A stretch of 64,000 bases of DNA from Candidatus Woesearchaeota archaeon (GCA_964460535.1 CAYWQI010000001.1:26856-90855), one strand, 5' to 3'; counted from the first letter of the stretch, positions 18,741 through 29,138 are shown. Translations and numbers: made by a program. The notes: generated by a model from the sequence alone, not told the origin.

Positions 18741-18913
18741 TTTTTTATTTTGTAGACAAGGTTTTCAAAAAGAAAGTTTTAAAAACAAGTCTTTTTGTCT
18801 AAATTCTAGAGAAAAAATAGAAACAAAACAAAATTATCTATTTTTTGAATATTAAAATCAATATTAAAATATTAAGATATTAAGATATATATTGAAGTTA
18901 TATTAAAATTAAA

Positions 18914-20203
18914 ATGAATAAAAATAAATTTAAACAACTTGGCTTAAGTGAGCAACTTTCAAAAAACCTTGAGAAAATTGGAATTACTGAACCTACAGAA
19001 ATTCAGGAAAAAACAATTCCTCTTACTTTAAAAGGAAAAGATGTAATTGGAGGAAGTGCAACAGGTAGTGGAAAAACTCTTGCTTTTTCTGCAAATATAA
19101 TTGAAAATATTCAAGATAAAAAACCTCAAGAAATTCAAGCACTTATCTTAACACCTACAAGAGAACTTGCAGAACAAATTCTAAATTCAATAAAAAGTTT
19201 TTCACAAGGCTTTCCAGTAAAAGTTTCAACAATCTATGGAGGTGTGGATATTGAAAAACAATTTAGAAATATTCCAAAATCAAATATTATTGTTGGAACT
19301 CCAGGAAGAATTTTAGATCATTTAAATAGAAAAACACTTAATCTTTCAAAAATAAAATATCTTGTTTTAGATGAAGTTGATAGAATGTTTGAAATGGGTT
19401 TTCAAGAAGATGTTGAAAAGATACTTTATTGTTGTCCAAAACCAAAAGAAAGACAAAACCTTTTGTTCTCTGCAACAATTTCTTCAGAAGTAGGATATCT
19501 TTCTGAAAAACATTCCAATAATCCAATAGAGATATCTGTTCAATCTCATGTTGATCCAGCAAAATTAAAACAAGTTTATTATGATGTTCCTTCATCAAGA
19601 AAATTTCCTTTATTAGTTCATTTATTAAAAAATGAAAGTGCAGATTTAGTTATGGTTTTCTGCAATACAAGAAGAAATGTAGATTTTGTGACTCAAAATT
19701 TAAAATTAAATAATATAAATGCTACAGCAATTCACGGAGGATTAACTCAAAATAAAAGAAAAAATGTTTTGTCTGATTTTCACAAAGGACAAACCAATGT
19801 TCTTGTTTGTACTGATGTTGCTGCCAGAGGATTAGACATAAAAAATGTAAGCCATGTTTATAATTATGATATGTCTCCAAATAGTAAAGAATACACTCAT
19901 AGAATAGGAAGAACTGCAAGAGCAGGAGAAGAAGGAATAGCAATAAATCTTATTTCTTCAAGAGATTATGAAAATTTTAGAGAAGTAATTGATAATCCAA
20001 AATTAAAAAAAGTAATAAAAAGAAGAGATTGTCCATATATTCCAAGAGCAAAAATGAAGATTCCTTCAAGAAATAATAAAGGAGATAATAGAAACAGAGG
20101 AAGATTTAATAAATCAAATAATAAATTTGGTCAAAGACATAAAAGAAATTTTCAAAAAAAGAATTCTCAAAAGAACTTTAAATCTAAAAAAAGAAATTTT
20201 TAA
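18914..20203 (+). CDS. DEAD-box ATP-dependent RNA helicase
   Basis: Q-motif region. GSATGSGKT (motif I). DEVD. SAT. HRIGRTARAG (motif VI). Basic RNA-binding tail. Confidence 0.85.
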   Translation: MNKNKFKQLGLSEQLSKNLEKIGITEPTEIQEKTIPLTLKGKDVIGGSATGSGKTLAFSANIIENIQDKKPQEIQALILTPTRELAEQILNSIKSFSQGFPVKVSTIYGGVDIEKQFRNIPKSNIIVGTPGRILDHLNRKTLNLSKIKYLVLDEVDRMFEMGFQEDVEKILYCCPKPKERQNLLFSATISSEVGYLSEKHSNNPIEISVQSHVDPAKLKQVYYDVPSSRKFPLLVHLLKNESADLVMVFCNTRRNVDFVTQNLKLNNINATAIHGGLTQNKRKNVLSDFHKGQTNVLVCTDVAARGLDIKNVSHVYNYDMSPNSKEYTHRIGRTARAGEEGIAINLISSRDYENFREVIDNPKLKKVIKRRDCPYIPRAKMKIPSRNNKGDNRNRGRFNKSNNKFGQRHKRNFQKKNSQKNFKSKKRNF

Positions 20204-20206
20204 ATT

Positions 20207-20437
20207 TTATTTCTCATATCTTGCAATTGAAATAGTTTGATTATCTTCTAAAGTAAGAGTGACTCCTCCAGATGAATTAATTGCAGAAACTATTGAGGTT
20301 AATGCATCTTTTCCACCTTCAATATACTTTTTTTCAAGAGCAGTTTGATGATATCCAAAAGCAAGAATTCCTAGTGCAATTAAAATTATAAATAAAAATA
20401 TGAATCCTATTTTCCATTTATTTTTCTTATTTCCCAT
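20207..20437 (-). CDS. small membrane protein
   Basis: One predicted TM helix. ORF only. Confidence 0.3.
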   Translation of the reverse strand: MGNKKNKWKIGFIFLFIILIALGILAFGYHQTALEKKYIEGGKDALTSIVSAINSSGGVTLTLEDNQTISIARYEK

Positions 20438-20943
20438 TATGAACTTCCCTCACAGAAGTCTAATTCATCTTCACATTCTTCATATTTTTCTTTCCATTCT
20501 TCAATTTCTTGTTCAAGAACCTCTTTTTCATCTTCACAAGTATCTTGAATATCTTTTTTTAATTCCCATTTTTCATTATTACATTCAGTTATCATTTTAT
20601 TTTTCAAACTTTGTTCTTCTTCACTTAAATCAATTGAACTTTCTTTAATTGGAATTCCAAAAATCTCTGGATTTGATTTATTTATATCATATGTAAAATA
20701 TCCTGTTAATTCTGAAGAAATTCCTTCAGCAGATATTAAAAAACCACTCATTTGGATGTTTTCATTAAGATAAAGGTAAGTTCCTCCTCCTAAGATAATT
20801 AAAATAAAGAAGGACATTAATCCAATAACTATTTTTCCATAATGAGGATGCTTTTCTACTTTAGAAAGCACTTCTAATATTTCTTGAAATGTAGGAACAT
20901 TTGTTCTTTCATCAACATCAAAATTCACATCTTTTTTTACCAT
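20437..20943 (-). CDS. membrane protein with acidic Cys-containing C-terminus
   Basis: One TM helix. ORF only. Confidence 0.3.
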   Translation of the reverse strand: MVKKDVNFDVDERTNVPTFQEILEVLSKVEKHPHYGKIVIGLMSFFILIILGGGTYLYLNENIQMSGFLISAEGISSELTGYFTYDINKSNPEIFGIPIKESSIDLSEEEQSLKNKMITECNNEKWELKKDIQDTCEDEKEVLEQEIEEWKEKYEECEDELDFCEGSS

Positions 20944-20986
20944 TTGATAAAATTAATTTGGAATCATTTATTTAAAAATATTTCCT

Positions 20987-21352
20987 TTAATGTCCTAAAA
21001 ACTTGTTATAAATCCATGCAAAAATAAATAATCCTGCAAAAACATCAACAAAACCATAAACAGCTCCAATCAAAGAACCAATCCAACTTACACTATAACC
21101 TGCAAAACCATACATTGCCTCTAACCAAGGAATAGCAAGATTTGTATATCCTGAAAAACTTCCTCCTAAAGCTAATAATGTAGTAATTAAAACACAAGCT
21201 CCAGAAAGAATACCTCCTGCTAATCCAAACTTAACTTTATCTAAACCAGGATATTTAGGATGAACAAAAGCTTCGACTTCATTATGAATTTCTCTTTGTC
21301 TTGCTTTATCCTCTTTTAGAATGTTCTTTTTTGTTTTATTGGATTTTGCCAT
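20987..21352 (-). CDS. small integral membrane protein
   Basis: Three predicted TM helices, Gly-rich. Confidence 0.35.
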   Translation of the reverse strand: MAKSNKTKKNILKEDKARQREIHNEVEAFVHPKYPGLDKVKFGLAGGILSGACVLITTLLALGGSFSGYTNLAIPWLEAMYGFAGYSVSWIGSLIGAVYGFVDVFAGLFIFAWIYNKFLGH

Positions 21353-21408
21353 TTTCCTCTTTTATATTAATAAGAGCAACTCTTCCTTTTTAAATTTTTC
21401 TAAGAATG

Positions 21409-21645
21409 GTCTTTGGTAACCAAAGTATGTTCTTCTTAATAATTTCTTATGGCTTTAATTTAAAAAATAATAAGAAATTTTAATTAATATTTTTTGAAGT
21501 TCTTTTGGATAATTGTGCCTTTAAATCAATTATTATTAGAAAATATTTCTATAACTCATATGTTTAAGATTTGAAATTTTTTACTATTAATCTTTTTTTA
21601 GTAAACATATTTGTTTTTATTTTTGTAGTTAGGACTACTATCTTC
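21409..21645 (+). mobile_element. MITE-like dispersed repeat, copy 2 (degenerate ends)
   Basis: Shares the internal blocks aataataagaaattttaattaatat, ttgaagttcttttggataattgtgcctttaaatc and tttatttttgtagtt with the other copies. Confidence 0.55.
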
Positions 21646-21729
21646 TAAGAGTGCAATTATCTGTAAAAACAAGATATCTTAATAATTAAAAATAATTAAA
21701 TTTAAAATATCTCATTTATTTAAGATTAT

Positions 21730-22524
21730 ATGATAAAAAAGAAAAAACTAGCTAAACTTACTTATATTTCACTAGTTTTATTTACAATCTTTATTTTATC
21801 TTCTATAAGTTATTTTTTTCTCAAAATACAGACTTCTGCAAGTTCTATTAAATATCTTTTAAATATTTTAAATGAAAAAAATTTTCAAGAAATATTAAAA
21901 CAAATAAGTTTTGAATTAGATTCTATTTCAGGATTAATAACAATACAAACAATATTTTCTTTAATAATTATTATTTCTCTTATTTCACTTGCGAGTTTTT
22001 TATTTAAAGCTTATTTAGTAAAACATAGAAATTCAATAATAGATCCTTTAACAGGAATTTACAACAGAGGAGCAATTAAATTTGGTCTTCAACAATCTAT
22101 TAAAGAATCAAGAAGATATAAACATCCTTTAAGTCTTGCAATTTTAGATATAGATCATTTCAAAACTTTTAATGATAAAAACGGACATACAAAAGGAGAC
22201 AACGCATTAATCAAATTTTCAAATATATTATCAAATGAAATAAGAGAATCAGATATTCTTGGAAGATACGGAGGAGAAGAATTTATAATAATCTTTCCTG
22301 AAACATCTTTAAAAAATTCTAAAAAAATCTGTGAAAGAATAAAAAACAAGATACAAAAAACATCTTTTGAAGGTGAAGAAAAACTTCCTGAAAAAAAATT
22401 AACAACAAGTATTGGTTTAGCTTCTTTTTCTGATAAAAGAAAAAGCCTCTCTTCATTAATAAATGAAGCAGATAAAAATCTTTATTCTGCAAAAGCTCTT
22501 GGAAGAAACAAAATAATTGGATAA
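21730..22524 (+). CDS. GGDEF-domain diguanylate cyclase with N-terminal transmembrane region
   Basis: Two N-terminal TM helices. A complete GGDEF domain: DPLTGIYNRG, ILDIDHFKTFNDKNGHTKGDNAL, RYGGEEF (intact GGEEF active site) and ADKNLYSAKALGRNK. Confidence 0.8.
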   Translation: MIKKKKLAKLTYISLVLFTIFILSSISYFFLKIQTSASSIKYLLNILNEKNFQEILKQISFELDSISGLITIQTIFSLIIIISLISLASFLFKAYLVKHRNSIIDPLTGIYNRGAIKFGLQQSIKESRRYKHPLSLAILDIDHFKTFNDKNGHTKGDNALIKFSNILSNEIRESDILGRYGGEEFIIIFPETSLKNSKKICERIKNKIQKTSFEGEEKLPEKKLTTSIGLASFSDKRKSLSSLINEADKNLYSAKALGRNKIIG

Positions 22525-22525
22525 T

Positions 22526-23821
22526 TTAATTTAAGTTATCTTTTTTAATAACTTTTTTACCATTCATGTAAGGTTGAAGAACTTTTGGAATTTTTATACT
22601 TCCATCTTTTTGTTGATTATTTTCTATTAAAGCAACAAGAGCTCTTGAAGTTGCAATAGCTGTATTGTTTAGAGTGTGAGGAATAATTCTTTGACCCTTT
22701 ATTCTTGTTGAAATTCCGAGTTTTCTTGCTTGAGCATCTGTCAAGTTTGAACAACTTCCAACTTCAAAATAATCCTTTTTTCTAGGAGAATAACTTTCAA
22801 TATCAACTTGCTCTTTTTTTAAATCTCCTAAATCTCCTGAACATATTTTTAAAACCCTTATTGGAATTTCCATTTTCTTGAATATGTCAATTGTAATTTT
22901 TTTCATTTGTTTATAAAAATTATCAGAATCTTCAGGTTTGCAAATTACAACCATCTCTATTTTATTAAATTGGTGTGTTCTAAATATTCCTTTTTCATCT
23001 ATTCCATGACTACCAATCTCTTTTCTAAAACACATACTATATGAAGTTTGTTTTAGAGGCAACCTTTTTTCATCTATTTCTCTATCAACAAATCTTCCAA
23101 TTAAAGAATGTTCTGAAGTTCCAATCAACGCCATTTTTTGTTCATCTTCAACAAGATAAATCTGCTGTTGTTTATCATTCAAATCAGTAACTCTGTCAAT
23201 AATTTCTTCTTTTAACATATAAGGAGTTTCAACATATCTAAATCCGCTTTTAACCATATAATCTCTTGCAAAATTTAACATTGCCTGGTTTAATAATGCA
23301 ATATCCCCTTCAATATAATAAAAACCATTTCCTGAAACTCTTGCTGAAGAATCAAAATCTCCTAAACCAAGTTCTTCTATTAATTCTCCATGAGATTTTA
23401 TTTCAAAATCTTGTTTTTTTGGTTTACCAATATATTCTTCAGGAACATTCTCCTCATCATCTTTTCCAATAGGAACATTTTCAGAAATAAGATTAGGAAT
23501 TTTAATTAAAATATCTCTAAGTTCTTTTTCTAATTTCTTTTCCTTTTTTTCATTATTTTCAATTTTTTTAGGAATCTCTTTTGCTTTTTTAATAAATTCT
23601 TTTGCTTTTTTTTCATCCTTGTTCTTTTTAGCTTTATTAATTTCTTCAGAAATCTTATTTCTTTCAGACCTCAATTTATCCCCTTTCTGTTTTTGAATTC
23701 TCCATTTTTCATCAATTTCAATTGCCTTATCCACAAGAGGAAGTTTATTTTCTTGAAATTTTTTCTTTATATTCTCTTTATAAATTTCAGGTCTTTCTCT
23801 AAGGTCTTTTATATCTATCAT
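22526..23821 (-). CDS. serS: seryl-tRNA synthetase
   Basis: N-terminal coiled-coil arm and class II motifs (FRKEIGSHG..., GLGDFDSS...). Start taken at MIDIKDL. Confidence 0.8.
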   Translation of the reverse strand: MIDIKDLRERPEIYKENIKKKFQENKLPLVDKAIEIDEKWRIQKQKGDKLRSERNKISEEINKAKKNKDEKKAKEFIKKAKEIPKKIENNEKKEKKLEKELRDILIKIPNLISENVPIGKDDEENVPEEYIGKPKKQDFEIKSHGELIEELGLGDFDSSARVSGNGFYYIEGDIALLNQAMLNFARDYMVKSGFRYVETPYMLKEEIIDRVTDLNDKQQQIYLVEDEQKMALIGTSEHSLIGRFVDREIDEKRLPLKQTSYSMCFRKEIGSHGIDEKGIFRTHQFNKIEMVVICKPEDSDNFYKQMKKITIDIFKKMEIPIRVLKICSGDLGDLKKEQVDIESYSPRKKDYFEVGSCSNLTDAQARKLGISTRIKGQRIIPHTLNNTAIATSRALVALIENNQQKDGSIKIPKVLQPYMNGKKVIKKDNLN

Positions 23822-23860
23822 GTAAATCAAAAAACAAGACATTATTTAAATCTTATTATC

Positions 23861-24098
23861 ATATCTGGTAATCAAGGCATACACTTTTCACTAATTTTTT
23901 GTTTCACAAATTTAATAAGCAATAAGAAATTTTAATTAATATATCTTGAGTTTTTTGAATAATTGTGACTTGATATTTTTTTATTATGAGAGAATATCTC
24001 TACAAATTGTTATGTCCAATCTCTGAAAGTTTTTACAATTAATCTTGCTTTAAGAAATGTATTTGTTTTTATTTTTGTAGTTGAGATTACTAAGAGAT
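23861..24098 (+). mobile_element. MITE-like dispersed repeat, copy 3
   Basis: Left TIR atatctggtaatca, degenerate right end gagattactaagagat. Internal blocks shared with the other copies. Confidence 0.6.
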
Positions 24099-24140
24099 TA
24101 TCATCAACAAGTTTAAAAATCCTATAAACTTGATTAAATC

Positions 24141-24809
24141 ATGACAGAGGTGGTAAATGAAATTGCGAATCAGACTACAGGAATATATCAAGAAATAGCA
24201 AGTGTTCTTCCACATCCTTTTGGAGTCTTGTTACCTGTTTTAGTACTTGTTTTAGGAGTTTTTATATATTCTTTATTTGTCTGGCATTTTTATAGGTTTG
24301 TTGCAAAAAAAGACCTTATTACTCTAAATTTAGGAGATTATGGAAAATCAATTGAAAATAATTTTATGTCAAAGATAGTTTTGGGGTTTATTTATTTTAT
24401 TGAAAACATCCTTTTTTCTCTAGTAATTATATTCATAGGTTATTCAGCATTTACAATTCTATTTATATTTTTAAATGAGTCTTTAACAACTCAAAATGTT
24501 ATCTTAGTTTCTGCAGTTATTGTTTCAGTTATAAGAATGACTGCTTATTATAAAGAAGCATTAGCTAAGGATTTAAGTAAAATGCTTCCTTTTACTTTAC
24601 TTGCTGTTTCACTACTTAATCCTAAATTTTTTGACATGTCAAGAATAGCCTCTTCTTTTTCAGACATATTTAATTTATTTGATATAATTATCTTGTATTT
24701 TTTATTCATTATTGTTCTTGAAGTTGTTTTAAGATTATCTGAATTTGTTTTTTCATTTTTTAGTCTAGAAGAAATTGAACAAAGAGAAGAAGAAGTAAAA
24801 GAAGAGTAA
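24141..24809 (+). CDS. integral membrane protein (hypothetical)
   Basis: Five predicted TM helices and an acidic C-terminus. Confidence 0.35.
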   Translation: MTEVVNEIANQTTGIYQEIASVLPHPFGVLLPVLVLVLGVFIYSLFVWHFYRFVAKKDLITLNLGDYGKSIENNFMSKIVLGFIYFIENILFSLVIIFIGYSAFTILFIFLNESLTTQNVILVSAVIVSVIRMTAYYKEALAKDLSKMLPFTLLAVSLLNPKFFDMSRIASSFSDIFNLFDIIILYFLFIIVLEVVLRLSEFVFSFFSLEEIEQREEEVKEE

Positions 24810-25054
24810 GTTTTGAAGATTTTTTCAATCAATGTATCTAGTAATCCTAATTACAAAAATAAAACTCAACACATTACTTGAAAAAATATTAATAGTAAAA
24901 ACTTTAAGGACTTAAACATAACAATCTGCAGAAATATTTCTCAATAATAAAAAATTCAAATACCCATTTCTTCAAAAAATCTAAAGACATTAACTTATTA
25001 AATTTACTAAGCAGAAAATTATTAAGTAGAACTTTAAGTGTTACAAGATATTAA

Positions 25055-26761
25055 TCAATTCTTTTCCACTCGAGGATGTTCATGGCCTTTTTTCATTCTC
25101 TCAAGCAACATCTTGACATGTTTCTTTTTTTCATTTTCATATCCTTTTTTGTTTGATTTATCTTGAGAAATCATTTTTGCAACATATTCTCCTCCTAAGA
25201 AATGCGGAGTTAAAACATAACTAGCTCCTTTTCTATAAAGTTCCATTGCATCTTCAATCTGATGTGCAGTAACAATAATAATTGCATTTGGATTTACAAG
25301 CCTTATTTGTTCAATCAATAATAGATTTGTTTCTTGGTCAGGAATTGTTGAAACTGCAAGTTGCATTTTGTCAAGAGGTAATTCTTCAAGTAAATCTGTA
25401 TCATAACTATCTCCATATAAACAAGGAATTCTTAATTTTTTTAAATCTTCAATAACATCAGGATTAAAATCTACTACAAGATATTTCTTTTTTATTTTTT
25501 TCAAGGATCTCAAAATACTAAATCCAATTCTATTATATCCAAATAAAATAGCATCATAGTGTTTGCTTGTATTTCTTGATTTTTTAATGTTCTTTTTTTC
25601 AAATATAGATAAAAATCTAGAGATTCTATTATAAATTTGCTTTGAATAAGTAATCATATAAGTTGAACCTGCAATTGTTATTAAACCAACTACAGTTACA
25701 AGCGAGAGTACTGTTGAATCAACATGGCCTACAGAAACTCCAAGTGCAACAAGAATTATAGAGAATTCACTTATTTGTGCTACAGTTAATCCAGATAAAA
25801 ACCCTGTTCTTTTTGTGTATCCCATTGAACCCATTAAAACCATTACAATAAAAGGATTTCCAATAAGAATAAATAAAGAAAACATAACTATTGGAAAAAT
25901 ATTATCTATTACATTACCCATTTCCATTTGAGAACCAATAATTATAAAGAATAAAACAATAAAGAAATCTCTTAGAGGTTTCATTTTTGAACTTATTTCA
26001 TTTGAATAAGGAGTTGTAGATAAAATTATTCCTGCTAGTAATGCACCAATTTCTAGAGAAAAATTAAGAAAATCAAACCAGCTTGCAAGTGCTAAACACC
26101 ATCCAATTGAAAAAAGAAATAAAAATTCTTGTGACCTTGCTATTTTCTTTAAAAGAGAAGGCATAACACTAAGACCTAATAAAAAAAGAATAGTTATGCT
26201 CAAAAATCCATAAATAAGAATACTTGTAATAGAACCTGAATCACTATTTCCAGAAAATGAAGAAACAGCCATTAAAATAAAAACTGCAATCAAATCTTGA
26301 ACAATCAAAAAACCAACAGAAATTTTTCCATAAAGACTATTCATATCTCCTTTATCTGATATTAGTTTCATAATAATAATAGTACTACTAAATGTAAGAG
26401 CTATAGCAATGTATACAGAAGCAATAATAGAAAATCCTAATAAAAAGGAAATAATAAAAGATATTATTGAGGTAAAAAGAACTTGTCCAACACCAGTAAC
26501 TAGGGATATTTTTCCAACCTCTTTAATAACTTTAGGATTAAGATGCAAACCAACAGTAAAGAGAAGCAATGCAACACCTATCTTTGAGAAAGTTCCTAAT
26601 GCAGAACCCTCTGAAATTAAATTTAAAAAAATAGGCCCAACAAGAATTCCTGTGATAATATAACCTATTAACAAAGGCTGTTTAAATGCTTTCATAATTG
26701 CAGAAACACCAATAGCTACAATAAGTATAATTGATAATTGTATAAATGTATTTTCTATCAT
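25055..26761 (-). CDS. CPA2-family monovalent cation/H+ antiporter (Kef-type) with C-terminal TrkA-N/RCK domain
   Basis: About 12 TM helices followed by a Rossmann RCK region (LVVDFNPDVIEDL...). Confidence 0.7.
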   Translation of the reverse strand: MIENTFIQLSIILIVAIGVSAIMKAFKQPLLIGYIITGILVGPIFLNLISEGSALGTFSKIGVALLLFTVGLHLNPKVIKEVGKISLVTGVGQVLFTSIISFIISFLLGFSIIASVYIAIALTFSSTIIIMKLISDKGDMNSLYGKISVGFLIVQDLIAVFILMAVSSFSGNSDSGSITSILIYGFLSITILFLLGLSVMPSLLKKIARSQEFLFLFSIGWCLALASWFDFLNFSLEIGALLAGIILSTTPYSNEISSKMKPLRDFFIVLFFIIIGSQMEMGNVIDNIFPIVMFSLFILIGNPFIVMVLMGSMGYTKRTGFLSGLTVAQISEFSIILVALGVSVGHVDSTVLSLVTVVGLITIAGSTYMITYSKQIYNRISRFLSIFEKKNIKKSRNTSKHYDAILFGYNRIGFSILRSLKKIKKKYLVVDFNPDVIEDLKKLRIPCLYGDSYDTDLLEELPLDKMQLAVSTIPDQETNLLLIEQIRLVNPNAIIIVTAHQIEDAMELYRKGASYVLTPHFLGGEYVAKMISQDKSNKKGYENEKKKHVKMLLERMKKGHEHPRVEKN

Positions 26762-26894
26762 TTTTCTCTTTTTTATATCTTTAAAAAAAGAAAAAAGGGT
26801 ATAAAAAGCTTTTTAAACCTTCTAACATCTATTTTTATAGGTTGGAAAGTTGGAGGAGGTTTCCAAGAATATAAAACATAATGGAAAAAGCAAA

Positions 26895-27203
26895 ATGCCA
26901 AAAGTAAGAATAAAATTAAATAGTCCAGATATAGAAATGCTTAATAATATCTGTGATTCTATAAAACAAACTGCTAAAAAATCTGGAATAAATATTTCTG
27001 GTCCTGTTCCTCTTAAAACAAAAAAACTTAAGATTACTACAAGAAAAAGTCCTTGTGGTGACGGAACTGCAACATTTGATAATTATGAAATGAGAATTCA
27101 TAAAAGACTAATTGACATTCCAGCAAATGAAAAAATACTTCATCATATAATGAGGATGAAAGTTCCAAAATCTGTGAATATTAAGATTGAAATGAAAGAA
27201 TAG
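26895..27203 (+). CDS. rps10: 30S ribosomal protein S10
   Basis: PKVRIKLNSPDIEMLNNICDSIKQTAKKSGINISGPVPLKTKKL...EMRIHKRLIDI matches uS10. Start taken at the internal M. Confidence 0.75.
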   Translation: MPKVRIKLNSPDIEMLNNICDSIKQTAKKSGINISGPVPLKTKKLKITTRKSPCGDGTATFDNYEMRIHKRLIDIPANEKILHHIMRMKVPKSVNIKIEMKE

Positions 27204-27346
27204 TTTTTTCTTTATTTATAAAAACAATATAATAAAACATATCTTTTACAATATATATTTTATATTATATATGTTGCATTATATATTTTACTTTATATAT
27301 TTCTAAAGATAAATTTATTTAAAAGAAACTCTTAGATAAAATAAAT

Positions 27347-27994
27347 ATGAAAAAAAGAAATAAAAAAGGTTTATTTATTGCTTTTGAAGGAATTGATGGA
27401 TGTGGAAAAGGAACTCAAATAAAAAAACTTTTAGAATATATAAACAATATTAGTAAATATAATCCTCTTCTTTTAACAAGAGAACCTTATTCAGATACAG
27501 ATATTAGAACAATTTTAAAGAGTGAAGACAATCCTTATTCTCAAAAAGAAAAACTTACAGAGCTTTTTATCTATGATCGTAGAAAACATTTGAAAAATTT
27601 AATAAAACCAAATTTAAAAAAAGGAGTTCATGTTATTTCAGATAGATATAGCTTATCAACTCTTGCTTATCAAAATGCTCAAGGAATGCCTTTAAATGAA
27701 TTATTAAGGATGCATAAAGGAATTTTAATTCCAGATATTATTTTTCTTATTGACATTTCAGGACAAGAAGCAGTTGAAAGAATGCAAAAAGATTTTTCAA
27801 GAGTAGAAGAACAGAAATTTGAAAAGTCTGCAGAATTTTTAGAAAAACTAAGAAAAAATTATTTAAAATTATCTGATTTAAAAAATCACAACATTGTTTT
27901 AATCAATGGTATGAATAAACCAGAACAAATATTTAATGAACAAATACTTCCTGCTTTTCATAAGATTTATAACTCTTACAATAATTCTAGATAA
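27347..27994 (+). CDS. tmk: thymidylate kinase
   Basis: P-loop FIAFEGIDGCGKGTQ. DRY-like motif DRYSLST. Confidence 0.8.
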   Translation: MKKRNKKGLFIAFEGIDGCGKGTQIKKLLEYINNISKYNPLLLTREPYSDTDIRTILKSEDNPYSQKEKLTELFIYDRRKHLKNLIKPNLKKGVHVISDRYSLSTLAYQNAQGMPLNELLRMHKGILIPDIIFLIDISGQEAVERMQKDFSRVEEQKFEKSAEFLEKLRKNYLKLSDLKNHNIVLINGMNKPEQIFNEQILPAFHKIYNSYNNSR

Positions 27995-28004
27995 TAAGTT
28001 TTAT

Positions 28005-28085
28005 GCCTGTATCGCATAATGGTATTGCACTGCCTTGGAGTGGCAGGCCTTTCGAGGCTTCCCTGTTCGATTCAGGGTGCAGGCG
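28005..28085 (+). tRNA. tRNA-Ser (anticodon GGA)
   Basis: Acceptor stem GCCTGTA/TGCAGGC with one G-U pair. Anticodon stem CTGCC/GGCAG with loop tTGGAgt. Long variable arm. T-arm CCCTG-TTCGATT-CAGGG. Discriminator G. Same architecture as the Ser-TGA gene at 756. Confidence 0.8.
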
Positions 28086-28101
28086 TTTTATAATATTAAA
28101 A

Positions 28102-29118
28102 ATGATATCAAAAAATAAGATTATTACTCAAATGAATAAGCAAGGATATAGATTTATAGGTCCTCAAGGAGCTGTGAAAATTTGCAGATGGACAAAGAAA
28201 TCTCTTAATGGTGAAGGTTGCTGTTATAAGGAAAAATTCTATGGAATAAAATCCCATAAATGTTGTCAAGTTACACCTTGGTTAGGCTGTGATAATAAAT
28301 GTTTACATTGTTGGAGAGCTATTGAATTTGATTTTAATAATTTTAATAAAAATAAAATAACTAAACCCCAAGAATTTATTCAAGAATCAATTCAATTCCA
28401 AAGAAAACTTCTCCAAGGTTTTAAAAAAGATCCAAAGAGTAAGAAAAAACAACTTTCAAAAGCAGATCAATTTCTTTGGAAAGAAGCACAAGAACCAGAT
28501 CAGTTTGCAATTTCTTTAAGTGGAGAACCAACAATTTATCCATATATTGGAGAATTTATTCAAGAATTAAGAAAACAAGATAAAACAAGTTTTTTAGTTA
28601 CAAATGGTTTGCACCCTCTTATTTTAAAAGAACTTTATAAAAAAAATCAACTTCCAACTCAACTTTATGTTTCTGTAAATTCAAGTAATAAAAAAGATTA
28701 TCTTCCTTTTCATAGAAGTCAAATAAAACAGCCTTGGAAAAAATTAAATTCATCATTAGAACTCTTACCAAAACTAAATAAAAAAACAAGAACAGTTTTT
28801 AGAATAAACCTAATCAAGGATTTAAATATGTCTGATAAAAATATTAATGAATTTGCAGAATTAATTAAAAAATCCCAAGCAAGATTTATTGAACTTAAAG
28901 GATTTATGTCTGTAGGTTTTGCAAGAAAAAGATTAGGATATAATAGAATGCCTTATCACGAGGACATAAAAGAATTTGCAAAAAAACTTGAAAAACAACT
29001 AAACAAAATTGATGTAAAATATAAAATTCTAGATGAACATTATTTCTCTAGAGCAATTGTTTTAGGTAATTCAAAAACAGGAAAAAAAGATTTAAAGATA
29101 AAGAAGAAAGAGGTTTGA
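28102..29118 (+). CDS. taw1: tRNA 4-demethylwyosine synthase Taw1 (radical SAM, TYW1 homologue)
   Basis: KQGYRFIGPQGAVKICRWTKKSLNGEGCCYKEKFYGIKSHKCCQVTPWLGCDNKCLHCWR matches archaeal Taw1. The ORF-track start at 28003 lies inside the tRNA, so the start at 28102 is used. Confidence 0.75.
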   Translation: MISKNKIITQMNKQGYRFIGPQGAVKICRWTKKSLNGEGCCYKEKFYGIKSHKCCQVTPWLGCDNKCLHCWRAIEFDFNNFNKNKITKPQEFIQESIQFQRKLLQGFKKDPKSKKKQLSKADQFLWKEAQEPDQFAISLSGEPTIYPYIGEFIQELRKQDKTSFLVTNGLHPLILKELYKKNQLPTQLYVSVNSSNKKDYLPFHRSQIKQPWKKLNSSLELLPKLNKKTRTVFRINLIKDLNMSDKNINEFAELIKKSQARFIELKGFMSVGFARKRLGYNRMPYHEDIKEFAKKLEKQLNKIDVKYKILDEHYFSRAIVLGNSKTGKKDLKIKKKEV

Positions 29119-29138
29119 TTAAATGCTTTATGCCAATC

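Noticed and set aside
28003-28101. ORF-track start of the Taw1 gene at 28003
   Set aside because: The first 33 codons overlap tRNA-Ser(GGA). The internal start at 28102 (MISKNK) gives a normal Taw1 N-terminus.
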